A stretch of 64,000 nucleotides of DNA. It comes from Phyllobates terribilis. Lineage: Eukaryota. This document shows positions 11,314-23,304 of the stretch, one piece after another. The first letter of the stretch is position 1. Each line of letters opens with the position of its first letter. The stretch is taken from assembly GCF_046119375.1 (NCBI RefSeq), contig NW_027362762.1:933348001-933412000 (forward strand), written 5' to 3'. A program made the translations under genes and the position numbers. The notes beneath the pieces were generated by a model. It had not been told where the DNA came from. It ran no database searches and was given only the letters and a program-made list of their open reading frames with translations.

Positions 11314-12385
11314 TGTCGCGCCCTGCTGCGCACTTGTGCCACAGAACCCAGAAGGGTGCATGGATGGACTTCTCCACAAGAGGCCCTCACACATTCACAC
11401 ACCTCCACCCTACCACCTCAAACCAGCAGAGGGAGCCCGTTAGGGATATATATATGGAGGGTGGAGCCAGGCAGCTCAGTTTAGTTTAGTGTTCAGTCTG
11501 TGAGCAAAGAGCGTGCTGACGCTCAGAGAGCAGCGAAGAGCAACACGCTGCTGCGGTGCTTAGGCGAGCCAAGGCCTACAGCACGAGGTGAAGCCTAGTG
11601 AGGGCCCTGAGTGTGGCCGAAGGCGAGAGGAGAAGGAAGAAGTAGCGAGGGGGCAGAGGAGCGTACCAGGCTCACCCCAGATATACACCGGACACCGGGT
11701 CCGCGCCTACGGGGTCCCTTTATACCCAGTAGGAACCACTGGACACCTGGAAGACTACAGGTCCCAGGTTTACCAAACGCTGACTACAGTACCAGGGCTA
11801 GGAGTCACGGAGGCCCCAGCGTCCAGGGAGAGTGATCTCCAAGAGAAGGCCCTACCACCAGGTCAGCAGGTGCAAGAGAGAGACAGTAATCAAGCTAGGC
11901 CTAGCTCCAGGCAGGTCAGAAGCTTAGCAAGAGGAAGCAACTGATCAGGAGGCCCTACACCTGCTCACTGGGGAGAGTCCAAAAGTGCACCCTTCGCCCG
12001 GAGTACCCTGGACCGTGCCTGCATCATCACCAGTAAAGGTACAGCTTACCCCCGTGTGAGTGTCCGTCTTTCCTCCGGGACCGTCCTGCCGTCTCTCACC
12101 AGCATCCACCATCTACCCCTACACTGCCCTGGAGCTAGCTCTACCTGTGGAGAGCCACACCATCCCTGCCGCCGTAACACCAGCCCCAGAGGACTGCTCC
12201 GCAGCGGCGGCACCCCTTGGCCGCATTCCACAGGTGGCGTCATGAACTTACTATAAATCCCCTATAAATCATATCCCTTTTTGTTGACCGCCCTGGGTCA
12301 CGGACCGGGCCAGCCACCGTGATATCTCCCCCCAGCAACGACCAGGCCCGGCTGCCGAGTACCCCACGGCCCAGGGGGCGCGTCA
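11314..12385 (+). mobile_element. Solo LTR, Gypsy family related to the 29872 element
   Basis: TGTCGCGCCC...GGGGGCGCGTCA, with flanks TATA/TACA (4-bp TSD, 1 mismatch). The 3' third resembles the LTRs at 29872 and 36766 (CACGGACCGGG, GCGTCA end). Confidence 0.75.
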
Positions 12386-12859
12386 TACACATATACCCCA
12401 GTATGGTCACTGCCAGCTTCAAAAAGAGTTTGAAGTGTCAGCTCTTTCTCCCTTCTGGAGATGTCTAATGGATTTTAATTTTTCTCTATGACACCTCCCC
12501 TTTATTAGAAGTGGCACAGATTTACAGATCGTCACGGCACAGCCTCCCTGGACCCCACAATACCCTCTCCTTCTTGGACTTGGAGATGGGCTTCTCTGTG
12601 AGGTCACTCAGTGCCTCCAGACTGGCATCTGTGGGTAGTGCAGTCTGAAACTCCTGGCCAGAGGTAGCCAGAGATGACGTTAAGGCCGAAACCTCACAGG
12701 AACCCTTTGGTACCGGCTTTAGGGCAGTAACTGGTCCTGTTATCCCGCTGGATGGGGGTCCAGAAGGCAGCACATTACTTGTGTTCTGGGCTCTCTGACT
12801 GCTGACTGACAGCGACTATGTAGGCTGTCTCCCCAGGGAATAACAACACTTTCTCATCA

Positions 12860-13390
12860 GCCTAACACACTGGGGATACCACTTTCCTACCACCATGCCA
12901 GGCTGTGGGACACCCTTTCAAACCATTCTGATAGGCTGTGGATACTACTTTCCCACCACCCTAACAGACTGAGGATACAACTTTCACACCATCCTGACAG
13001 GCTGTGGGTACTGCTTTCCCATCATCCTGACAAATTGGGGATACTACTTTCCCACCACCCTGATAGGCAGTGAGACACACTTTCCCACCATTCTGACAGA
13101 CTGTGGGTAACTTTTTTTCCTCACCCTGACTGTCTGTTGGACACACTTTCCCACCATCCGGACAGGCCGTGGATAAAACTTTCCCACCATCCTGACAGGC
13201 TATGGGTACTGCTTTCCGATTATCCTGACAAACTGGGGATACTACTTTCCCACCACCCTTACAGGGTGTGGGACACACTTTCCTACTACCCTGATAGACT
13301 GTGTATAACACTTTTCCCTCACCCTGACCGGCTGTGGGACACACTTTCCCGCCATTCGGACAGGCTGGGGATAAAACGTTCCCTGCCTCC
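12860..13390 (-). repeat. 33-bp tandem array encoding 11-aa Cys-containing repeats
   Basis: About 15-16 units resembling CACTTTCCCACCATCCTGACAGGCTGTGGGTAC. The minus-strand ORF reads (D/G)GGKVCPTACQ-like repeats. Confidence 0.85.
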
Positions 13391-14013
13391 GTCACCTCAG
13401 GAGCAGTGCTAATCATGGGGCATCTACAATCGGCCATGTCACAGTCTGTCGTGACACTGGTCAGCTGGACGGGACCATCTGCTTCCTGATCCCCGTGCCT
13501 GTCACCATTGTCCCTAGCACTGATTCTCACTCCTTTTAGGAGATCCTCAGCAACATCACCCCGCAGCGTAACATGGCTGAGTTCTCCTGTACCACGAGAC
13601 ATATTATCATTATGCATGACATTGACATTCACATTAACGAAGTTTGAAACACATGAAGTACCAGAGCTGGGATAGTTGTCAGGAGCATATTGAGCGAGCA
13701 ACCGTCCCAGATCAGAACATTTGTGGGGAGGTTCTCGGACACCCCCACTTCCCTTAACCCCCTCCCAGCACTCCAATCCAGGAAAACCTGGGCCATCAGT
13801 AAGGGACGGAGAACACCCTGTGACAAAGTCACTGGCAAAGTACTAGAGGGGAGATGTGTAGCACTGAGGTTGTTAGCTTCAGTAATAAACCTAGGAAAAA
13901 TGATCCAGCACACAAACTGGTGAGAAGGGTTAATCAGCCATGTTTAGTGCTAGGATGATTGAACATCTGCAGAGTGGGAGGATTCCAGAGGACAAATACC
14001 CAGCCTTCTAGAG

Positions 14014-14175
14014 CAGGGTTCCCCAACTCCAGTCCTCAAGGCCCACCAACAGGTCATGTTTTCAGGATTTCCTTAGTATTACACAGGTGATAATTCCATC
14101 ACCTGTGCAATACTAAGGAAATCCTGAAAACATGACCTGTTGGTGGGCCTTGAGGACTGGAGTTGGGGAACCCTG
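14014..14175. mobile_element. 162-bp hAT (Charlie-like) palindromic MITE
   Basis: 78-bp arms with one mismatch and a 6-nt loop. Perfect 8-bp TSD TTCTAGAG at 14006-14013 and 14176-14183. Confidence 0.92.
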
Positions 14176-14302
14176 TTCTAGAGCATTCAGTGTGGGGTGG
14201 GCCTGGAGGTTTGACAAGGTTTGTCATGTGAAAGAAATCTAAACCTTGTGTTGTTTTTTCCTGAGGCGGGCAGTTATTCGTAGCAACACGGACTGTGCCA
14301 TA

Positions 14303-16708
14303 TGTGACATGCAGAAGTAGTGCTGTTGCAGAGTATGATATGTTGCTTTAAAAGCATTCAGCAACTATTAGAAGTAACACAAGCACATGAGACAGGAAGT
14401 GTTGTGCTCCAGAAGCATCCAGCAACTAGAGGGTTTAACGCAGTCACAGGAGAAGGGGAGTGTTTTAGCAGAGCCCCAGGGGGATTGTGGGGAAGTTGTT
14501 TACTGTCTGGCTGGAGCCGAAGAGAAAGGTGGTGTGTGTGTTCTGCATCTGACAGAAGCGCGCCCGCAAGTGAAAAGGATTCAAGTCAGGAGTGAAGCTA
14601 AGCACAGGTCAGGTAGAGTTCCTGAACTAGCAGTGCAGAGTATTGTCAAGCAGAAAGATAAGGACTGTAAGAAATGGTGTTACAGGGATCATCTCCCTCA
14701 GCAAACCCTCCCCCCTCCTCCATCTCACTGTACTGTAAAGAATGCTGTGTTCATTAATGTGCCTTTGCATTAGAACTGTGCTGTCCTGTACTACTGGGAA
14801 GACTGTGAACTGCTGTGCTGCTAAGGAAACTGTACTGTTTGTCACTGGAGCCTGTTGCTGATAAGACTTAACTTGCACTGGCTGTGCGGCTTCTTATTAA
14901 ATGCTACTGTTCTACTGTTTATGAGGACTCTTGTCAAGTGTGTCTGGTCAGCAAGTGAAACAACCTACGTGTCTGTGCCTGAGGGTCAATACCCCTATTT
15001 GCCTGAAAGAAGCTGCAGCACATGGTCTATGGTCGCCCTGAGTAACGGTTCCCCCAGGATTCCAAAGAATTCATGTAACCTGTCTCGCCCCTATCTGAAC
15101 TTAGCGGCGTGCGTGTAACATTGGTGGCCCATACGGGGAGTCCTGAGCAGGAATTAGTGTATAGAGGGAGAAGAGGAAAAGAGTCTGGAAAAACACAGCA
15201 GCACAGCACCTCAACTCAACTCTACTACACCAGTTAAAGGGGACCAGCCCTAAAGAAAACTCACTAGCAGCAATGGATAAGAATACAAATGGACAGAATT
15301 AGTGAGCTGCTTCTTCAGTTAACCTGTGAAGAATTTAGAGTAAAGAAAGCACAGAATACAATGGACCTAAAAAAAGTCAAGGTAGGCTGGCGCCCAGCCA
15401 TCATCCCTGCAAACCAAATGGGGGGGTGAGGTGTGGAGTTCGGGTAGAACCAGGAAGAAAAGTCCAGAAAAGACAGTTTGTGCCAAAAGACTCCTCAGAA
15501 CTTCCAGAAGGCCTAGTTCAAGGTGAGACTGTTCTTACGATTCCTACTGGTGGGTTTGTTCGAGTGACAGTACCGGTGATGAATACTACGAGACACGAAA
15601 TTAGACTGGATCCAAAGACTGTGTTAGGTCACATTGAAACCGTTAAAACGGTATATCCAGCCAGTGTGAGACCCTCCCAGGGGTTTACAGTGAATTCAGT
15701 CTCCCTACCAAGAAACAAGAGTTGCCCAGGGGAAGAAATTGCACGACCCACCTCGGAGTCCTGGGATCCCCCAGTACCCCTGGAACACTTGTGTGCTGAA
15801 GATCGAGCGGTAGCAAAACAGATTTTGAGAGAAGAGTGTCATGCATTCTCCAAAGATGACTCTGATATAGGCTGTATCCCATAATTGCAGTTGAAAATCA
15901 ATTTGAAAGACAAAACCAGAAGTTACATGTCTGTGCCGAAACCATTACACCGTGAAGTGAAAGAGTATTTACAAGACCTAATCAACAGAGGTTGGGTCCG
16001 AAAGTCGAAGTCGTCTTATTCCTCTCCTATTGTTTGTGTTAGGAAGAAGGACGGTACGGTGAGACTCTGCTGTGATTACGGGGAAATAAACCGAAAGTCA
16101 GTACATGATCGGCACCCAATACCAAAAATCCAAGATGTGCTGGATAGCCTATCAGGAAGTACCTGGTTCTCTGTCCTCGATCAGGGTAAGGCATACCACC
16201 AAGGGTTTGTCGAAGAGTCCAGTAGACCCTTGACAGCATTCATCACACCGTGGGGATTATATGAGTGGATCCGCATACCGTTTGGGCTCAGTTCAGCTCC
16301 AGCAGAATTCCAGAGGAGCATGGAGACATGTTTAGAAGGATTGAGGGACGATATCTGCCAGCCGTACTTGGATGACTATGTGGTACACAGCAAAACCTTC
16401 CGGGAGCATGTTGAACACATGAGGACCGTATTAAAACACGGAGTTAAGTTGACCCCAAAGAAGTGTGAACTGTTCAAAAGGCAAGTCCGATTTCTAGGGA
16501 AAATTGTGTCTGGAGAAGGCTATACCATGGACCCAGCAGAAATCGCTCCGGTACTGGCCTTAAAAGACAAGCGGCCCTCTACCGTCGGGGAGTTGAGGCA
16601 GATATTAAGATTCCTCTCCTACTATCGTACTTATGGTTCCCCCAGGACTCCAAAGAATTCATGTAACCTGTTTCGCCCCTATCTGAACTTAGCGGCGTGT
16701 GAGTAACA
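14303..16708 (+). mobile_element. Internally deleted Ty3/Gypsy inserted in the 5' LTR of the Gmr1-like element
   Basis: 4-bp TSD CATA at 14299-14302 and 16709-16712. 5' LTR 14303-15120. PBS TGGTGGCCCCATACGGGGA (tRNA-Ile-like, imperfect). RT fragment 15885-16630 ([30 protein letters not shown]). Only the last ~75 bp of the 3' LTR remain. Confidence 0.85.
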
Positions 16709-19700
16709 CATACATAATGTTTTGTGTTTCCTGTTAGGCTGGGAAGGCCGTGTTTGTTTTGCTAACGTTGCCATGGTTAATGCAGTACTCTTAATAAACC
16801 AGTGGAATATTTAAAGAGACAATGTTCCTGTATGTGCAGACGCGTGAACCAATCTACCACAGTTGGTGCTAGAAGTGCGGCAAGATCCCCAGGAAGCAAG
16901 TGTGACGGCTGTGGACAACTGCATGTCCTGGGTGAAGGCGGCTGTAAGGATGGAACAGCGGTCAGGCAAAATGGAGGCGCTGATCAAGCACCTGGTCCAA
17001 AGCCAACACCAACAGCACCTGCAACAGCTTCAGCAGCACCGGGAGCAGCAGAAGCTACAGCAGCAACGGCTGGCACAACAGTAGAAAAGTAAGCTGCTGA
17101 TGCAAGAGCTCCAGTAGCAGCAACGGTACCAGCAACAGAGCCAACAACAGCAGCAGCAGATTGATTTACTCACAGACGCAGTTCGTGGCACTGCAGCAGC
17201 TCCGATCCCAACGTCAGCTGGTGATTTCTCTGTCCGGAAGGCGGTGAGGAGAGCCTTGCAGAAGATGACCCCAGGTGACGACACAGAGTCCTTTTTAACA
17301 GTTTTTGAAAGGGTCGCCGATAGGGCGAAACTTCCACCAGAGCAGTGGGCAGAAGTCCTGGCGCCCTACTTAACGGGGGAGCCACAAAAGGCCTACTATG
17401 ATTTAGCCTAACAGGATAAGATACAATATGAAAAACTGAAAACGGAAATTTTGGCGCGCTTGTCCTTCAGGGCACAACGGGTCCCCCTCGCTCCCAAATA
17501 TTTGATCTGCTACACCTTGTCCAAAAGTGGCTACAGCAGGAGTCCTCTACACTAGCGCAGATGGTGGCATGAGTTGTAATGGACCGGTTTGTGGACTCCC
17601 TTCCGAACCCGATGCAGACTTAGGTTGCCCAGGGAGAGCCCTGGAACACCGATGACTTGGTTGGACTGGTCGAAAGGTATCATGGGGTCGACGGGACCTT
17701 GGGGAGGCAACCCACTCCATATTGGGGGTGGGGGGAGGTTAAAAAGGGGGTTGGGCATCCAAAGTCCAAGTGGGTGGCGGAGGTCATGCCAAGGGCCTCA
17801 TCGGGGGATGTAATTTGGTGGAGATGTTACGGCTCAGGTCATATAGCAGCCCATTGTCCCCTGACCACCGAGCAAATGGACTGTAGCATGGGATGCCGGT
17901 GTTCATTCTACGCCTATCCAGCTGGCAGTATGGACTGTCCACCTCGCAAGGGGCCCCAAGTTTGTCCTGTAAAAGTGAATGGCCTGCAAATGACTAGATT
18001 ACTGGACTCAGGGAGTTTGGTGACTCTCTTGAGGGCTACACCCTCTCTAATTGATCTCTGGGAAGAAGGTCCGCTGAATTCACGGGGATGCTGAAGACCA
18101 TCCGGTGGCCAGAGTGGTCATTGAGACAGCCCAAGATACTGAGTCCCATGAGGTCGGCATAGTCCCGGATTTATTGCACCCAATTATCATAGGTTGGGAC
18201 TTTGTGTTGTTTTTGGACGTTTGTGGGAGGGGCGGAGACCACTATTGTACGGGTAAGAAACAGGTTGGCCCTAAAAAAGTCTCACCAACCCCAGAGTTTG
18301 ACGGGTTTCCCTTCTGTGTAATGGGAGAAGAGGAGAAATTAGTATTCCCTGAGGCAGACATTCCTGAGATAGGGGTGACCAGAGAAAATTAAATTTTAGG
18401 GACCTATCTCTAAAAAAAAGTGTTCAATAAGGTAACCGTCATAAATGGCATAGCACAGGAGTTGGAGGCTGACACCAGGTTTCCCTATTTCATGTTGAGT
18501 GGGGACTTATTGTACTGAGTTACTAAGGTGAGGAAGGAGATAGTGTAGCAATTGTTGGTACCAGAGCCCTATAGACAAAGGGTGTTGGACAGGGTCCATT
18601 CACATGTCTTAGGTGGCCATCTGGGGGTTGACAAAACTCAAGAAGGGGTCATGCAGAGGTTCTGTTGGCCCAGATGTCACAGAGAAATCCTAAGATATTT
18701 CAAGTCCTGTCCCACCTGCCGGTTAACCGCTACCACATCTCACTCTCAAAATCCTCTCATGCCGATATCCATCAAGGCAGGGCAACAGAGGGACGCCGTT
18801 GAAACTCCATGTTGGCTGGACAAGCCAGATGGGGACATTGAGGATGTCACAATGGCACAGACACTGTCACTGGCCCAGAAATAACAGTGCCAAGAACTGC
18901 TCCAGCAGAACAGGGACCCGTTTTTGGAGTTGCCAGGATGTACGCAGATGGTTGAACATGAAAGCCTGATGGAACCACATGTGCCGTATATGTGCCGAAC
19001 AGTCGTAAAGAATCCCCGAAGCCCACCATGAGGTGATTTCAAAGGAGGTGAGGAAAAAGTTGACCCAATGCGTCATCAAGGAGTCAAAGAGCAACGGGTC
19101 CAGACCCCCTTTCCTTATGCGGCAGCCTGGGGGAGAATCACGTTTCTGCAACAACCACAGGAAACTAAATGTGGTGTCAAAATGTGATGTGTATCTGATG
19201 TCCCGCATCAATGATCTCAGAGAGAAGCTAAGGTCAGCTAGATACATCACCACCCTTGACCTAACGAAAAGGGTATTGGCAAAGTGCAAAGTAGAAGATG
19301 GCCTCTTCTACACCTGAATGTTGCTTCCAGTATACCAGAGTTCCGTTCTGGCTGCAAGGAGACCCAGCTACCTTCCAGAGGGCCATGGACTGGATCTTAG
19401 CCCCTCCCAAAAAATATGCCGCAGTTTACCTCGACAACATTGTGATATTCAGCCCGGATTTGGGAAGTCACCTGCAGAAGGTCCAGGTCGTGCTGCATGT
19501 GCTGAGGAAGTGGGGGTCTACCATAAACCCAAAGAAGTGTGCCATGGAGAAAAAAAAGGGAAAATACTACATCGTCGGAAGAGGCGAAGTAAAGCTGCAA
19601 GTAAATAAGGTGGAGGAAATCCAAAATTGGCGAAAACGGTCTCCAAGAAACAGGTTTGGACATTTCTAGGAATGGTGGGATACTATCATCGGTGTATCCT

Positions 19701-22700
19701 TAATTTCACCATGACAGCCATACCCCTGACCGACCTTCTTGAGGGCACGAAGACGTCAATGGCCAAATGGTCTCTTGAAGCAGAGATGGCGTTCCAAGAG
19801 TTGAAACTCAGGGCTACAGGAATTGTAGAACAACAGCCTAAGAAGCTGCACAACAAGGCAGATGCCCTGTCTAGACTTCCCTGTTTGGTGACTGAAGGTG
19901 CCAAAACCCCCGGCTTTAGGAAGAGGAGGGGGGTATTTGTGACAGTACTAGAGGGGAGATGTTCACAAAAAGAACAGATGCACCAGGCCCCTGGGTCCAG
20001 GGCGTGGGGTTCCTCTTCTGCCTCTCCGGGCAGGTGAGGCTCATGTGACCAGTTCGGTCGCAGATATAGCACCAGTGGGAGTCTGATGCAGGGTGCTAAC
20101 CCCTTTCCAGCTCGCGACGGCTGACTTCCGCGCCTCAGGTATATGGTTGGCCTCATAGGTATCTGCAATCTGTGCGGCCTTGACACCTCCACAGGGCAAA
20201 GTTGAAGAAATTGGTCTTTCACCATCAGGTCTCTCAGTTCCTCGAAGGTGGTAACCAATAGTCCCTGGAACCACTGCTTGAAGTTGGCCCTAAGCCTGTC
20301 CACCACATCACCGTAGCTGTCGTGATGTTCACGTTGGAGGATCCAGAACTTTTTTCTGTACACCTCAGGAGTTAGCTGATATTTCCTGATCAGGGCCTTT
20401 TTGATGGCCTCATAATCTCCATCATGTTCTCGAGGGAGAGAGGCGAACACCTCTGGAGGTTTGCCTCATAGCCCTGTGGTTAAATATCGGGTCCACTGGT
20501 CATCAGGCAGCTCGTACTGTCTGCAGGCCTTTTCAACCCCCATCAAAAATGTGTCCAGATCCGCATCCTTATCCATGACAGGAAAATGCTCAAGACGGGG
20601 TTTAAAGATTTTGGTATTACTGGACTCACTGTTCAGTAGGGTAGATGGCTCCTACTGGGGTCGGGCTAACGCGAACTAGTGGTCTTCATCAGCCTGTCAC
20701 TCTTGTGCCTCTTGCTCGGCCTGACAAGGCTTGACGCTCAGCAGCCTCTCGCTTGGCCTGACGCTCGGCTCACTTTTGGAATTGTTGAATCAGATTGAGT
20801 CATCCCTCACGATCGTCTGCGTCAAGTTGCAGTAAGGCCATATGTAGTTGGGGGTTCCCACTACCCTGGGTGTGGATGTGGCTATGCCTTGGCTTGCCTC
20901 ACTTTCAACAGGGCTTGAGTGATGGATTTGCTCTGTGTCCTGTTGCACCAGTGCAGTGGGCATTTGCTGCCTGTTTTTGCCAGTAAAGTCAATCTGTCTG
21001 ACCATACAGATGGCAGCAGGAGCCTCCTTTTTCATCTGGTTGTACCAGGCCTTCTCAACTGTAGCCATGCTTGGCAAATAAAAGATAGGACAGAAAAACA
21101 AGAGAGGTGAGAGGGATGTAACTGCTACATGTACAGTATTGTTCCAGGTAAAAAAAATAAAACATGTAGTCTGATCCTCACAATGACCATGCAAGTTTTT
21201 AGTGACAGGGATGATTGCTCAATCCAGCCACTAATGCTCTGTAATATCCCACTGCTACCACCAATATTTCAAGGATACATAGCCTTTGGGGTGGGGGGGG
21301 GGTCGCACAGAACCCACCACTGTTACCACTTTGTCAAAGATGACACCAAAGAGATCCCACAGATCCCACCAGTTGTCAGGGAACTGCAACTCGGCTACCT
21401 CCAATTGTCATGACAATTACGCCATTGGCTGATGGACAAGACCGCGGCTGCTTTCACTACTAGGCTGATTACTGAAAATTACTAAACCTGGTCACGGAAA
21501 TGGCTCAGAGCTTAGCGGAGGGAGGCACTCCGATTGGAAAACAGACAGAACATACAGTAAGCTGTACCTTCCAAGTACTGACATCCAAACCCAACTACCG
21601 CTTTTTATTAGCTCAAGGTTACACCTACACTCCTCCCCTTGATGAGCTCATTTAGGGGCTGATTGTGGGATGTGCTCAGCCCTTCAGAATTTTATGAGAT
21701 CCACAAACTTACAGGGTATCTTTGCACCTGGAGGTCGCAGACGGTAGATATTGTTATGTTTCTTAATGCCATTTTATCTTTCGATAGATATGAAATATGG
21801 CAGGTATAGCATTGGCTATCGGAGCGTTATTAAGTTGGAGGGGTTCTAATGGCCCTACAGTGATGTGAGTGAATGCCTTCTATTCGTCCCATCACTTACA
21901 TTTTCAGTGTATCTGCCATATATAATCAGATTGATGTAAAACCCCAATATTCATATCTTAACATCGGAGGTCTGGGTGGCTGTTCCCACAATAGACCTCT
22001 GATGTAATTACCTGGTCACTGCAGGAGGTCTCTGCTTCAAAAGAGAGGTTAAAGCTTTTCCGGTATTTTTAATTACCTCATTTCCCTTGTTAGAATTAGT
22101 TTCTTTCTCCCTTCCCCAAATGTTCAATGTGAGGCCTACTTCAAAAGAAGTTTGAAGCGTAAGCTCTTTCTCACTTCTGGATTTAAATTTTTCTCTCCGA
22201 CAGGGAGGAAAAAACGAAAATGAGAAAAACAGAAAAGAGCCCGGGAGCTCTAAAAGCAACAATTTTTTTTATTGTGACTTCATTAAAATAATAAAATGGG
22301 CATAAAAATATGACACGTTTCGAGTCTACGATTAAGAGTCAGCCAGACTCGAAACATGTCAAATATTTTGCCCATGCTATATTTTAATGACATGACAAAT
22401 AATTTTTGCTTCTAATTCTTGTTGTTGGATTAAAAAAAACTTTTTCATTACTGCAAAGAAGTGGATCTCTAGAGTGTCAGCCTATTTGGAGTAAAAAAAA
22501 TTTCAGAATGTAATTAGAGAATGCCAAGGATAGTAGAAAAAAATGTAAATGATTTTATAAATATGTTTAAACACAAGAAGTTGATTTAAAAGAAATGTTG
22601 GAAAATATCTAATTTTTTCAAAGGGGTAATTCCATCTTATAAAGTAATGGTCAATCGTTAACATATGCCATCACATAATGATCTACGGGTGTCTGGCCTA

Positions 22701-23101
22701 TAGAGTCTGCACTGATTTTGAGAATTCAGGGTCCACAGCATTGACTCAGTGCCGCAAACCTTTGCCGTTTTTCCCTATACATGAGCTCCAGACCATCCAG
22801 CAGTGCCGGGAGCTGCAGCTGACCATTTCTTCTTGAATGGGCTATTCTGCAGTTCTATGTACAGGTGGGCCAGGAGCTCAAGAGCAGAGAAAGGAGCGAA
22901 CACAGAGCTACACTAGAGCTTAGTGCTCTTCAGTCTCAGGATTAGTGGGGGTCTAAAGGTCAGATTTCTAACAATCATAGGGATGGCAAATCCTAACGAG
23001 ATGGAAAATCCCCTTTAAGCCACATTTCTTAGCAATATATGAGCTACAAAACTTAATTTTACCAGTAAAAAGCCACGCAATTTGTTTAAACCATCTGTTA
23101 T

Positions 23102-23107
23102 TTTATT
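23102..23107 (-). terminator. Candidate CRYZL1 polyadenylation signal
   Basis: AATAAA on the minus strand about 100 nt after the stop codon. Confidence 0.6.
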
Positions 23108-23204
23108 AAATGAACATATACATCACCAACTTACAAAATGCTATTAGATTAACTACTGTGTAAATTATGGGCGCTTGAACTTTTCTATGGCCAAATTAGC
23201 ATTC

Positions 23205-23304
23205 TCATAATTGAACAACCAGCCGTTTATTTACTTCTTTCCTTTGGACCATTTCCATGAACACTTTAGCTTCATACATTGGGACAGGTTCATCCAGATA
23301 AGGC
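23205..23304 (-). CDS. CRYZL1: CRYZL1 coding exon 12 (last)
   Basis: ttttatttcag|G CCT TAT...: (R)[32 protein letters not shown]; 100 nt. Confidence 0.93.

Larger units (their letters stand above)
13819..19985 (+). mobile_element. Degenerate Gmr1-like Gypsy with SCAN gag (order PR-IN-RT)
   Basis: The 5' LTR starts TGTGACA at 13819 and ends near 16860. Gag runs from 16971 (LQKMTPGDDTESFLTVFERVA...WAEVLAPYLTGEPQKAY), followed by a SCAN-like segment and a CCHC knuckle at about 17815. Then come protease LLDSGSLVT, integrase Zn region HSHVLGGHLG...CPTC (18550-18740) upstream of RT (19030-19700; YLDNIVIFS), PPT AGAGGAGGGGGG, and a 3' LTR start at 19938 sharing AGTACTAGAGGGGAGATGT with the 5' LTR. 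Confidence 0.8.
12400..21470 (-). mobile_element. Degenerate Gmr1-like Gypsy (SCAN-type gag, PR then IN), split by a second element
   Basis: On the minus strand: LTR piece at 21270-21470; PBS at 21246-21263 (TGGTGGTAGCAGTGGGAT, tRNA-Leu-like); gag at 21070-20000 (LDTFLMGVEKACRQY...QWTRYL...DYEAIKKALIRKYQLTPEVYRKKF...DLMVKDQFLQ). Beyond the insert come the protease end (VFLDWSAGRGLREVGVSENLPTNVL, 13640-13818), a 33-bp repeat linker and a pre-integrase segment (KERVLWGPGRL, about 12500). Confidence 0.7.

Noticed and set aside
21540-22000. Coding-like segment that might be a Penelope or other RT remnant
   Set aside because: No motif could be recovered convincingly in any frame; it needs a translated search.
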